Assembly: GCA_965644315.1 (NCBI GenBank)
Contig: CBFFRQ010000068.1
Span: forward strand, 62,001 to 126,000
Source of the DNA: Caecitellus pseudoparvulus
Taxonomy: Eukaryota; Protista; Bigyra: Bicosoecida
Reading direction: 5' to 3'
Length of the DNA stretch: 64,000 nt
Shown here: piece after piece, positions 44,185 to 56,100 of the stretch
How the letters are laid out: each line of letters begins with the position of its first letter
How positions within the stretch are numbered: position 1 is the first letter of the stretch
Notes under the pieces: model-generated
What the model was told of the DNA's origin: nothing
Database searches by the model: none
What the model saw: the letters and a program-made list of their open reading frames with translations, nothing else
Made by a program: the position numbers and the translations under genes

Positions 44185-45039
44185 CAGAACCCCCAGCACC
44201 CCAGCCGGCGTGGGGCGTGCCGCAGTGCCCAGGAGGGGAAGCTGTGCCGCCTCCACGGCAGCTGCTGTCGTGGGGCCAATGGCTACCACGGGCACTGCTG
44301 CCAAGTGGGGATCGCCGTGCGCCAGGTCACGCCACACCTCCACGCCTGATGGGCTGAAGGCACACACTGCCGTGGCGTGCGTGCTGGCCACGGTGGCCGC
44401 CAGCTCCGCTGCGGGCACTGCCTCTGTCGTGTACACCTCTGCTGTGTGCACGGCACACCCAGCACTGCGCAGGCCCTCTGGCAGCGTGGGGAGGGCCTTG
44501 TCCCCGTGCAGGAACACCACGCCGGGCAGGCGCCCTGTGGCGGGGGGGGTCTGCAGCAGCTCCTGGCACAGGGCTCCCGCGCTGCCCCCGCCCACCTCCA
44601 CGCCTGCACACCACGTAGGCTGGCGCAGGCTAGCCGCAGTCTTCTTGCCCACGCAGTGCACGGTGCAGGCGGCGAGCCAGGCGAGCGTGGGCGTGTCGTG
44701 CTCTGCCTGCAGCACGGCCACAGCGCCACACAGGGCTCTGGCGGCACGGGCACTGGTAATGGCAATGCAGCGAACGCCTTGTTCCTTGCACAATGCTCGA
44801 CAAGCCGCGACTGCCTTGTCTACGTGCAGAACCGTTCGGAGAACTGGCATGAACTGGGCTACGAAGCCAGCGGTGGCGGCAGCGTCAGCGTAGTCCTGCC
44901 CTGCATGTTCAGTGGGGGGTTTCAGGAGTGCCAACGGTGGTACAAGCCCCCCTCATAAACGGATACATGTGCATGCTGGCTGCAGCGTACCTTCCTCCTT
45001 CAAGAACAGCAGCGTCTGGGCTGCTGGCGCCGCCGCCAT
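44092..45039 (-). CDS. UROS: Uroporphyrinogen-III synthase (HemD/UROS)
   Basis: complement(join(44092..44900,44991..45039)). The phase-1 intron 44901-44990 gives MAAAPAAQTLLFLKEEGQDY. Motifs: FMPVL, ITSARAA, CVGKKTA, LHGD..LPTLP, VYTT, FSPSGV, AIGPTTA, PTP. Confidence 0.88.
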
Positions 45040-45305
45040 GCGTGTGCGGAAATTGCTTCTCCGCAGACCACCTCGCAAGGATGTGCCAGCCGACCGTGAA
45101 TCCACGCAGGAAAGCGCTGTGGGTCAGCGTGAGCTCAAAGAGAAGCACCGGTGCATTCGTGCTGTCATCAATGGCACCATGATTTGCGGTCGGCCGTTAG
45201 TTGCCCAGTCTTACAACAGCACACCGGCAGGCTCCTGATGCAGCGGGTGGCCTCCCCTGCCGGGTGCACTGCTTCCACACACCGCCTTCATGAAGCACAA
45301 GCCCA

Positions 45306-45960
45306 TCACCGTTCATCCTCTGCAGTGTCCCTGCTGTGCTCGGGCGCCGCCGCCTCTGCCTCCAGAAAGTCAGCCGCGCCGTCGTTCAGGTCGCGGTGCA
45401 GCCAGGACCGCTGCACGTGCAGGTGGGCAAGGCCGCCGGCAATGCCCGTGACGAGGACGGAGGTGAGGCGGAATTGATAGGGGTAGTGCACGATGGCGTG
45501 CTTGGCGGTGCTGAGCGCCCCTCCCAGGCGGTGCATGATGGGGCCGTCGGAGGGAATGGCCGGCGCAGGCGGCGCCTTGGGAAGCAGCAGCTTCTCTCTC
45601 AAGTACCACACCAGCGCGGCAGACGTAACACCAGAGGTTCCACCCTGTGGTTTGGAAGGAGTGCGCGCGAGGCGTCGCTTGTGACATGCACCCTGCACGG
45701 CAGCCGCCGCCCTGCTCACCAGGTAGTTGCTGAAGCTCGTCACCTTGGCCTTCACAGGGTATGCCCAGGCGGCTGTGCGGTATGTCAAGTCATAGGAGCC
45801 TGCAAATCCAGCCACCAGCGCCACACCGACGCCCAGCGCAGGCATGGCCTGTGCAGGCAAGCACGATGCTTGGGGGATGTTGCCTGCGGAAATTGCGGCG
45901 CCGGCGTGGTGATGGGCAACTCACAGCCAGGGTCTGCAGGGGCCAGACGATGAAAGCCAT
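45306..45960 (-). CDS. Hypothetical small membrane protein (~192 aa)
   Basis: complement(join(45306..45848,45925..45960)), with a phase-0 GTGAGT...CAG intron at 45849-45924. Hydrophobic segments are LGVGVALVAGFAG and LTSVLVTGIAGGLA. No family recognised. Confidence 0.6.
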
Positions 45961-46065
45961 GCTTGACGTTGGGGAGGGAGCTGTGTGTGGAAGTTTGGCT
46001 GGTGTTTGAGCAGCTGCATTCAGCCAGGTGGGTGACAGGCAGGCGCGGGTGGTTTGCGGAGCGGC

Positions 46066-49000
46066 CTAGTCTGCTTGCCGCTTCACGCCAGGCAGTCCAC
46101 GCCAGCCACGAGTGGGCCTGCGGCTGACGATGGAGGCCAAGATGTGGGGAGACGTCAGGGAGAGAGCCAGCTTGACCAGCAGCAGCCCCAGCGGCAACAC
46201 GCGCTCGTAGGTGGCCAGGGCAGTGGAGTAGCCCGCCCCCAGGGCTCCAGCCACGAGCACGGCAAGCAGGGCAAGCCTGTGGTACTGCTGGTAGGTGTGC
46301 CAGAGGGCTGGGGAGAAGCAAGAGAAGGCGACGAGGCCCAGGAGCGGCGCCAGCACCAGCGCACCAGGGGGCAGTGCCATGACCAGGATGAAGGGCGTGC
46401 GGTCGCAGGAGCCATCCTGCAGCGTGGGGTTCAGCAGGCTGTTGCTGCCGCTCACCGGCGCGTCCCCCGGAGGCAGCTCCGCCTGCAGTGCCGGCACATC
46501 ATCCACTTCCAGCATGAAGCTGGCTGGGTCAGGCTGGCCGTGCGTCGCCCAATGCAGGTACGCCGCTGTGGCCGCTTGGGGGGTGGTGCCAGCCTCGGCG
46601 GCGGCGCCCCCTAGCCAGGAGCAGGAGGGGGGGGTGATGTCACTGGGCATGGGCACGGGGGGTGGGCGCAGGTCTGCCCAGCCCTGCACGTCTGTCGGCC
46701 GCAGTGGCGCCGCGAGGGCCGTGGCTGTGGGCAGGGGGGAGGGGGAGGCCAGGGGGCTGGCGGCAGCGGGGGGTGTGCCCGGCACACCTGCCGGCACTTG
46801 CTGCCCCGTGAGGCAGGAAAACGCCACAGCCAGCGTGGCCGTGCCGCCTGCGTCCGTGACCAGCAGCAGGACGTGCAGGAGTGAGAGGAGGGTGGTGAGC
46901 AGCGCGCCGCCGCGAGGCAGAGCACGGCCACACAGCAGACACATGGCGGCCAGGCGCAGGCGCTCCAGGGTGATGCAGGCGCATGCCAGGGGCGCCTGCA
47001 AGATGGACGTGGCAGTGTGGCGGGGTGGCGCATCCTGGGCAGACAGCGGCACGCCCTGCCACAGGCGGGTGGAGCTGCACAGGCAAAGGGCCAGCGTGGA
47101 CAGGCACTGCCCCCGCGCACAGTGCGACAGGGTCAGCTGACTCGCCTCGCTCAGCACGACGGGCGCGCAGGGCACACACACCCCTGCGCAGGCGTCCCCG
47201 GCACACCGCGCACAGCACTGCTCGCCACAGGGCGCAGGGGGTGGCGCCTGCAGGCCCCAGGGGGAGGCGCCCGCCCCCCCCCCTCCACTGGCAGGGGAGG
47301 CGGACCAGGTGGAGAGGGGCTGGTACGGCCCTGCCTCAGTGGGGGCCAGGGCGGGAGGGAACACCCACGCGCCCTCCGCCCACACTGGCAGGCCCCGCGG
47401 CAGGCCCACGCCCTCGTCAGACAACGGCAGCCCAGGTAGTGGCAGGTGCATGCTGACGCGCCGACCCAGGATGCTGCCGCCCACCACCTGCAGGTACCTG
47501 GCGCCAGCTGAGAGCAGGTCCAGCGACCCGGCGTCCGGCGCCCCCAAGACGACGCTGCTGCCGGCAGTGTCCCATGTCTCCCCACGGGGACGGCGGGAGA
47601 CGGGGGAGGTGGACACGGGCACCAAGGCGCCTGCCTGTGGCGGGGGCCCCCGCAGCGGCGGGGAGAAGCACGCGTCTGGTACATGGCGCGGCATGCCCCA
47701 GACTGGCGCCACGACAGGGCCCATGCGCACAGGTGCACTGCGGGGTGTCGGCACCGCGGCAGCAGTGCCGGTGGCAGGCTGTGCTGCCCCGCCCTGCACT
47801 GTCACTTCCAGCTGCACCGTGCGCTGGGAGGGGGGCGTGGCCACGTCTTGGAAGTGCACGCTGGCCTCCGGCGCCGTGGAGGGGCCGCCCGCTGCCCGGC
47901 TCTCCGGCACGCCCAGTCCAGCTTGCCGCGACTGGGCGAAGCCACGTGCGATGCTCTGCGCCATCAGCCGCGCCATGGGGGACACTGCGGCGTCTGCCGC
48001 CCCCTCGCTGGGGGGTGAGCGTGTGCGCGCGGGGCTGATGGCACGCAGCCCCGTGGACGGGGTGAACGCGTCCGCGCGGCTGGGCGTTGGGGCGTGGCGC
48101 CCGCCCGGCCGCCCTGACGCCGCCCGGGGCGTCGCTGCCAGGGTCTCGATGGCCTCCCACCCCGCCGACGCAGCAGGGGCGCCCACCTCCCCCGCGCCAG
48201 CTCCCGCCGCCAACTGCACCACCACCCCTAGCCGGGAGGCAGCCAGCGTCACCCGCCCAGAAGAGCGCCATCGGGCCTGCTGCACCTGCGTGCTCAGAGC
48301 GTCCTGTGCAGCGGGCCAAAAGCGCACCAGGGACACCTGCAGCCCGCCCAGGTGGCCGCTGGAGATGAGGGGGTCCTCACCCCCCTTGCTGCGCAGGGCG
48401 GAGCGCAGGGGGGCACTGGGGGCCTCACTGGTGGTGCTGAGGTCCAGGCGCCCCACCCGACTGGCGCCGTCCCCGCCGCCGGAGAGAGAGCGCCCTGACC
48501 GCTCCGCTGTCATGGAGGAGACGGCGTTGACCCAGCGCAGGAAGGCGAGGAGGGGGGGCAGGGTGGCGTCCAGCGCGTCCCCCTGCACCAGGCGCGCCCT
48601 GACATTGAACTCAGCCACGAAGTCCACCCACGCATTGTGCACGAAGGTGGTGATGCCTGCTGCCAGCGGCACGCTGCGCACCAGGGCATCGTTGGGGTCC
48701 ATGCTCCAGGGGCAGGCTGCCGAGCCGTCCCCCGACAGCAGCAAGGCCAGGGGCAGGCTGGGGCCCTTGCGGTCTGCTGAGGCACTGGGGGAGCGCGTGA
48801 GCACGCCTCCCCCTGGCGACGTCGCCGGCGGGGGGCGGGCCTCTGCTGGCGCCAGGATGTCGATGGCGGCAGTGGTGCAGTCTGGGCTGACGTACACACG
48901 CAGCGCATCCCGCAGCACCAGGGCACGGGAGGCGCGCAGGAAGTCGCAGTCGCACTGCTCGATGGCCGTGGCCAGCAGCAGCGCCCGCGTGCGGCGGCGG

Positions 49001-52000
49001 TGCCACATGATGGCCTCAGCCACAGGCGGCGCGATGAGGCGCAGCAGTGCCATGGCGCCAATGTCCCACGGCGCACACCCCCAGTGCAGCTGCTCTGTCA
49101 GCGACAGCGCAAAGGCGGACCATTGCTCCTGCAGGGTCAGCGCTGCCAGGTGTGGCGGCAGCACCTGCGGCACAGCCCACGCGTCGCCAGGCTGGTTGTG
49201 CCCAGTCAGGTACACTCTCCCCGCGTGCAGGCGGACATCTGCTGCGCGCAGCGTGCATGGCAAACCACTCCCTCGACCAGGCACGCCGGCGCCCCCACAG
49301 CAGCGGGTGAGGTCGCCCGAGGTATCCTGGGCTGCCGGGCGCGAGGGCGTGCCGTAGTCGCTGCGAGGGGTGTCCTCATCATGCAGCAACGCCTCCTTCA
49401 AGGTGCTCCCCCCTGCCAGCTCGCCAGCGCCAGGCCGGTTGTTGAGGGAGGGCGCCCCGCCGCCGCCGCCGCTGCTGCCGCCGCCACTCTGTGCATGCCC
49501 CATGCCAAACTGGTCGCCCAGGCGCGCCCACAGGCGCTCTGCAACGCCGCCTCCGCCCTGGCCAGGCGCAGTCGACGAAGGCGATGTCCCGGCAGCACCT
49601 GCTGGCGCCACGCCGCTGCCCTGCCGCCGCACCATGAACGGCGAGGCGCCCCCCGCCTGGCCGCGCCGGGAGCCGCCCTTGCCGTAGTAGTACGCGTCCA
49701 GGTCTGCGTCCCAGTCAGCGTCCTCACCACCGCTGGAGCGGGAAGCCCCCGACGCCATGCGGTACTGTGCTCCGCACACGGCCAGGGTGGCCACCAGCAC
49801 CAGCAGCGCCACGCTGATGGCGATGAGGCGCGGGAAGCCGATGTCCTCCACCAAGGCGTCGAAGGGTGACAGACAGTCAGGGGGGTGTGTGCCAGGGTAG
49901 CACGTGTATGGGCACTTGTCCGTGGTGGTGGCGACGCCGGAGTACGTGCTGTGGTCTGGCTTGTTCTTGCACGGCTGGCACTGCCCCACCCCCGGGTCGG
50001 ACTTGTACGTGCCGACGGGGCACGCGACACACCGCAGAGTCCCAAAGCCAGGCCCACAGGGGGGTGCGGTGAGGGTGCCGTTGCCACCCCTCAGCCCCCC
50101 CCCCGCACCCCATCCCCCCGTCACATTCACAATGCCGCTGAAGTTGGCGGCGATGCTGGTGTACTGGACATCACCCAGGAGCCGTGGAAGGGGCAAGGGC
50201 AGGGGCAGGTCTTCATCCGCTGCGCTGGCCACACACAGCGCGCCGAGGGCCAGGTTGGGGATGCGGGTGAAGCCACGGGCCAAGGTGCCGGAGGGCAGCA
50301 GCAGGTCCCCTGCTCGCACGCGGTCAGGGGGCGTCTCGAACCGCCGCCCCTCGAACAAGACAATGCCGCGCCCGTTGAGCCACTGGCTCGCGTTCAGCAC
50401 GGGGATGCTGAAGCCGACACGCCCGCCGCCGCCACCGCCGCCACCTGAGGAGCCCGACCCCCCCAGTGCAAGCACAAGCCCACCACCAGACAGCTTGCTG
50501 GTGATGAGGGCGAGGCCTCCACCCGCGGCGCCACCACCCCCCTGCTGGGCTTGCGGTTGCGCAGCTGAGGCGGACACGACGGCGCCAGCCAGCACTGTCA
50601 GCGACGCGGGCGCCTCCACCCGCAGGAAGCCGCCACCGGACGTGCCCGACAGCGTCACGGCGCCGCCGCCGCTGCCAGGCTGGATGGGCACGGTGGCATT
50701 GCCGTACACGACACCGCCAATGGCACCGTTGGAGCCCCGGCCACCCGGGCCGCCATGGCCGCCACCCCCCCCCCCCACAGACCCCTGCCCTGAGTGCCCT
50801 GCCCCTGCCCCGACACCTGCCGAGCAGCCCAGCCCATCCGAGGTCAGGCTGCCGCCGACGATGACTGAGCTGCCACAGATGAGGGCGGCGCCTGCTGAGG
50901 CGGTGCCTGCGATGGAGACGCTGCTGCGGCCGGCAATCACCATGGAGTAGTTGCTGACGGGGGGGATGGGCATGGACGGCTCCCACCGCAAGTCGTTGCA
51001 TGTGGACCGCACTGCTGGGAAGTTGCAGCCGGCATTGGAGTCTGTCGCCTGCACTGTGCCGCCCACGTTCACGGAGGTGCTGCTCCAAATGCCCAGCTGG
51101 GACACCATGAGGCTAGCGGTGGCCAGGATGTCGATGGACACAGCGCCCACCACCAGAAGCGTGCCCTGCCCGGTGGCCGTGCCGCCGATGCTCACCTCCC
51201 GTCCCGCTCGAATGGTCAGCACCCCAGCAGTGTCCAGATTACCCCCCGTGCTGCCGCTGCCGCTGGCCACTGTCACAGACGTCGCCCGCACACTCGCGTT
51301 GAACAGCAGCGAGCTCAGCTGCCCGCCAGGGCCCACGTTCAGGTCGGTCGTGCGCAGGTCCAAGGCCGGGTTGGGCGTGAAGGGCAGGTTTGGCCAGGGC
51401 ATGCTGTACACCAGAGGCAGCAGGCGCCCCTGGCTCACCTGCAAGCCCTGGCTGCCAGAGCTCTCATCACCACCAACGCCTGTGCCGGGCCGCCGCAGGA
51501 AGCCGCCGCCCAGCACGTACAATCGACTGCTAACAACGACGGCAGATCCCCCGATTTGCAAGGAGGTGATGTTCAGGCCGTCAGGAATGTCCATGCGCGT
51601 GGCTGGCCCCATGGGCCCGCTGCCGGGCACGTTGAACACCCGCAAAGCGAAGGACGTGCGGGCCTGCCCAGACAGCATCCACTCCAGAGTCGTGCCTGCC
51701 CAGTGCAGAGGCTGGGTGGGCACGTGCCCCATGGCCACCAGGCCTGGTGAGCCGAACAAGCAGGGCACACTGAGGGTGGAGGAAGGCGGCAGCGCCACGC
51801 TGCCGCCCGTCGCTGCCACGTTTGTCAAGGTCAGAGACAGCTGCTCGAACAGGAGCAGCACGGCACCCCCCCCACCAGCAGCGTAGGAAGCGCACTGCTC
51901 GGAGCTGGAGCCGGTGCCGACCTGGGCAGCGCCGCCGCCGCCACGTGCAGACACAATGCCTGTGCCCTGCACGATGGGCGCGACGAGCACCACTGACCCA

Positions 52001-52921
52001 CCACCGGCGCCGCCGTGCGGGACAGGGCTGGCACAGTTTCCTTGTGCATCTGGCGTGCTGCCGTCCGCCGTCACCTGCCCCGCCACTGACACCAGGGAGC
52101 CTGCAAGCCACACGCGCCCGCCAGCCCGGGCACCCACCCCCTGGTTCAGGAAGACCCGCGTGCCCTGCGAGAACAAGGCGGCCCGGAAGGCAGACGTGGG
52201 CTTCAAGAGGTTCGGCACGTCGCCTGCGTTCGACGTGAACACGCCTGGCCCGATGCTGGGCTGGCAGCAGGGCTGCTTCACGCCGTCTCCGCACAGCAGG
52301 CGCCCGCCTGAGCCAGCCAGAGTGCTGCCGCCCTCACTGCGCCCCAGCTCGGCCCGCAGGCCAGGTGTGTCCATGGCCGGGTCGTCCGAGTCAGAAGACC
52401 CGGGCGAGTAGTTCGGCGTGCCCATGTTGCCGAGACCCGAAGCGGTGACGGTGCCAGCCACAGTCACCGCCCCCTCAGCCTCTAAAGACACACTCGTCGC
52501 CTGCAAACGGAAAAATATGATATGTGCCGCGGGGTTGCGGGGTGGCTGCACCGCCGCGCAGCACGGGCGTTGCCATCTCGGCACTCACATTCACGAAGCC
52601 CGTGGCGGTGATGGTGATGGTAGAGGACGTGGAGATGTAGATCTCGCAATATGAGCCAGCCCACAGAGGGCTGCATGTGAGTACGCTGCTGACAATGACT
52701 GGCACAGAAGTCTGAAACTTGTACCTGGGCGTGCACTCGTCCTCCCACTCGTGGATGCAAGGTGCCGAGGCGTTGTACAGAACCAGCGGCTGGGAGATGG
52801 AGCATGTGCCGTTCACCGTGTCGCACAGCTGAATGAGGGGCAAGAGGGGCACTGCCTCGGCATGTGCATGGCTACATCCCACCAAGAGAAGTAGCCCCAG
52901 CAGACTGCCACGCTTGAACAT
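46066..52921 (-). CDS. Gly-rich, Cys-rich multi-pass membrane protein of the Arabidopsis At5g11700/At4g32920-type family (often auto-annotated as ephrin type-B receptor), ~2255 aa
   Basis: complement(join(46066..52500,52589..52921)), intron 52501-52588. It has a signal peptide and repeated GGGGG-x-V/GSGG motifs, then GNGTLT..C..G..CVACPVGTYK..CPYTC and a TM helix. Family blocks follow: HAGRVYLTGHN, FLRASRA...LRV..SPD, PLALLLSGDGS..P, W.DFVAEFN..ARLV. C-terminal TM helices. Confidence 0.8.
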
Positions 52922-53163
52922 GGCAGCTGGTGCGCACACCGGGGCTATCGAGGGCCCAAGCGCGGAAATTGAGCAACCCTGGAGCACCTGAGCCCTGCGC
53001 TGTCCTTCGCGAACCCCGAACGCAAGGCCTCCCTAAGTTCACAGTGGACACAGCAGTGCATTTGATGGATGGTCACAGAGGCTCACCTCAAGCTTGTGCG
53101 GGAATGTGCGTAACCCTCACCTCTTGCTCGGCCAACCACCACGCCCCGTCTGGCTCCAGCACG

Positions 53164-56100
53164 TCAGCCCAAGGCCGGCGCCCCGTGCCCCCGTAGGACG
53201 TAGACATAGTCATGGGGGGACAAAAGCGCCTCTGGAGGGGGATTGGCCAGGACGTATGACACCATCTCACCGCTGTGTTGAAAGGGCTCATTCACACGGG
53301 GAAGGGCGGCGCCGAGCACCACATCGTCAGCCGCCTCCCGACCACTGCTCGCATAGGGGGATCGCCGGCGGTACACACCGAGAGCCAACAGGTGCCATCC
53401 CCGCAGGAGAGCCTCAAACAGCTGTCCATACCGCACCCGGGGCCACTGTTGGGACGGCAAGGGCCACTTGGGCGGAGGGGAGGGGCTTGCCCGCCCCACC
53501 TCGCCCAGGGAGCTGGCGTGCCACCTCGCCATAAACAGTGCTTCCTGAGCGGACACAAGCTGCAGGCGCTGCTTGCGCGAAGCCCGCACCAGGCGCTTGA
53601 TCAGGGACACCGCGTGTGGCGTGAAGTGCGCCTCCACCAACAGAGCATCCAAGGAGGAGGAGGCAAAGGCACGGCCAGCTGCGAAGGCGGGTGCGCCGAA
53701 CAGCTCTGCCTCGCCCTCCCGGCGCTGGGCGCTGGCTGCTTGGGCGGCCTGGGCCGAGGAGAAGAGCAGGTCTCCCACATTGCGGGAGGCATCTTGCGCA
53801 GAGGAAGGCCCCCCCCCCTCCCCCAGCAGACGGGGTGAGGCAGGCAGGGGCGTACCTGGTGCAGGGTGAGCCTGCTCCTCCACCGCAGCCTGCCACTGGG
53901 CCGTCGCCTGCAGTAGGCTGTGCCCATCCAGCAGCTGCGCACCAAGCGTTTCCAGGGCCCTGTCCGTCCGGCCAGGCACTGGGAAGACACCAGAACCTGC
54001 TTGCACTTGACTGGCAGGGGTAGCGGAGGGCGTCAGGCGTGCCGCCGCCAGGGCATCGGCAGGAGACACGGGCACGGGTGTCGGCGATGCTTGGACTTGC
54101 TTTTCCTCCCGCTCCGCCCCTTCATATTCTGCATCTTCGTCAAAACTGCACTGAGCCACGGCCTGAGCTGAGTCGGGGGCAGCGTCCCCGACATCCCCCT
54201 GCCCTGACCCGCCCCATTCCTCCTCTGCCGCTGCTTCGTGTTCCGCCGCCTCCTTCAAGTCCAATGCTTTCTGCACCAGGGCACTGTCAGTGCAGGCCAG
54301 TGAGGCCAGCGAAGCCATGTCTCGCAGCATGCCAATCTTGGGCGTGGCAGGGCGCGGCCCTGGCGCCGCGTCCCGTGCACTGCCCTGGCCACTACCTTCC
54401 TGCCCAGTGGGGCTGTGTGGGCCCCGCTCTGCCAATTTTGATGCGAGATCCTCCAGCAACGCGCTAGGGTGGTGTGCAGTTGGGAGCCCCATGCTTGCCG
54501 CAGAGTCCTGAGCCGCACTGTGGCGGGACAGACGCCGCATAGCATGCTGCGCCTGCGCAGGGGAAGCAGAGTCACCTGGCGTGCGTAGCCCATCGTCGTC
54601 CGAGTCACTGCTGGTCTCTGAGTCGCTGTCCGAAGAGGAGGAGGCCGACTCCCGCCCTCGCATGAGGCGCACGACGGCCATCATCTTGGACCGAGCGCGC
54701 TGAGCTGCGCGGCCGCGGAGGCCGCCCCCGCCCCCACCGGCCCTCCGCCGCCGAGCTCGCATGGCACGGACATTCTGCCGGAGGCGTTGGATGCGGGTGT
54801 TGCATGTGGATGCAGCTTGGCTCAGGGAGTTGCCTGCCGGCCGCAGAAAAGCGGCCGACGAGCCGTGGCGAAGGTGCGTCAGCACGTGCAGGGAGGGCCG
54901 CAGGGAAAAGAGGCAGCTGGCGACACTGATGGCCCCCACGTCATCCAGCAAGGCAGAGCTCTCGGGCGCTTGACCAGGTGAGCGGGAAGCGAGGACAAGG
55001 GCCGCCCGGGCCGTGAGGGCGCCGGCAGCGATGCAGTCTTCCACGGAGGTGGGGTCTCCGTCCACCCACAGCACGCTGTCCATTAAGCGAGAAGCCGTGG
55101 AGCGCGACGTGTCCAACAAAGGCAGGGACTCCCGCATGGAAGCGGGACAGAGCACGACGACTCGCCATGCATCCGAGGAGGTGCGGCTCGTGCCGTTAGC
55201 GGACACTCCGCCCACATGAGACGCCTCCCCGTCGGAGTCCTCCCCGACAACACCTGAGCTAAACACGGCGCTCGGCACGCCAGAGGGGGTGTACGGAATG
55301 CCACGCAGGGCTCGAAGCAGCAGAGCCATGTTTGGACTTGCCCCGCACACCAGCAAGTGATCTTTGAGACTGTGCTGTGATCCTTGCATCGGCGGCAAAA
55401 GCCCTGGTGGCAGTGGAGGCGGCAAGAGGGTGCGCGATCTGTGGGAGGGGGCATCCACGCTAGGCTTGAGGGCTGCATGGGGGCTTGCCTTTGCAGTCGG
55501 CCGCCGAGTCGCCAGAGGGGGCAAGACGCACAACTCGGAAGCCCCGATATCGTACGGCACCGAGTCTCCCAACAGCCGGGGCCTGGCAGGTGCTCCCGCA
55601 CACCAGGTGCCACAGGCAAGCGGACGGGCAATACGCCGGGGCAAGGGGTGAATCCTTGCATCTGCCAAACGTACCCACGGCCAAGGGACTGTCAAATTGT
55701 ACTCGGCATGCGCCCCAGCAGTGGCGTGGGCCGCGGGCATCCCAGCCCAGCGCAGCAGCCACGCATGCTGCTCCATTGCGGCCAGGCGCTGTGGTCGCCA
55801 GTTGTTCTCTTTAGGTTCAGCTACAGGGCCTTCTTGCAGCCGTCGAAGCCGCTCGACCTGCTGCAGCACAGCGCGCTGAGCGGGGCCAACGTCCAGCAGC
55901 ATGCGGTCCACGCAGCCTTGCTCTGGTGCCAAGGCATACAGAGCGGCAACCCTCCTCGGATCCAGCATCTTGCGGCAGGGAAACAGCTGCATGGGGGAGA
56001 AACTCGTCCCTTGCCGTCGAAGGTCGCTGTCCTGTGGGTGTAGCCGCATTGCCAGCAGCAGCACTCTGTGGCGCAGGAAGGCGACCCGTGCAGCGGCACC

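Noticed and set aside
44901-44956. UROS starting at TTG 44934, or at ATG 44956 via a homopolymer error
   Set aside because: A phase-consistent intron (44901-44990) links to an upstream exon encoding the expected LLFLKEE N-terminal strand, so no error needs to be invoked.
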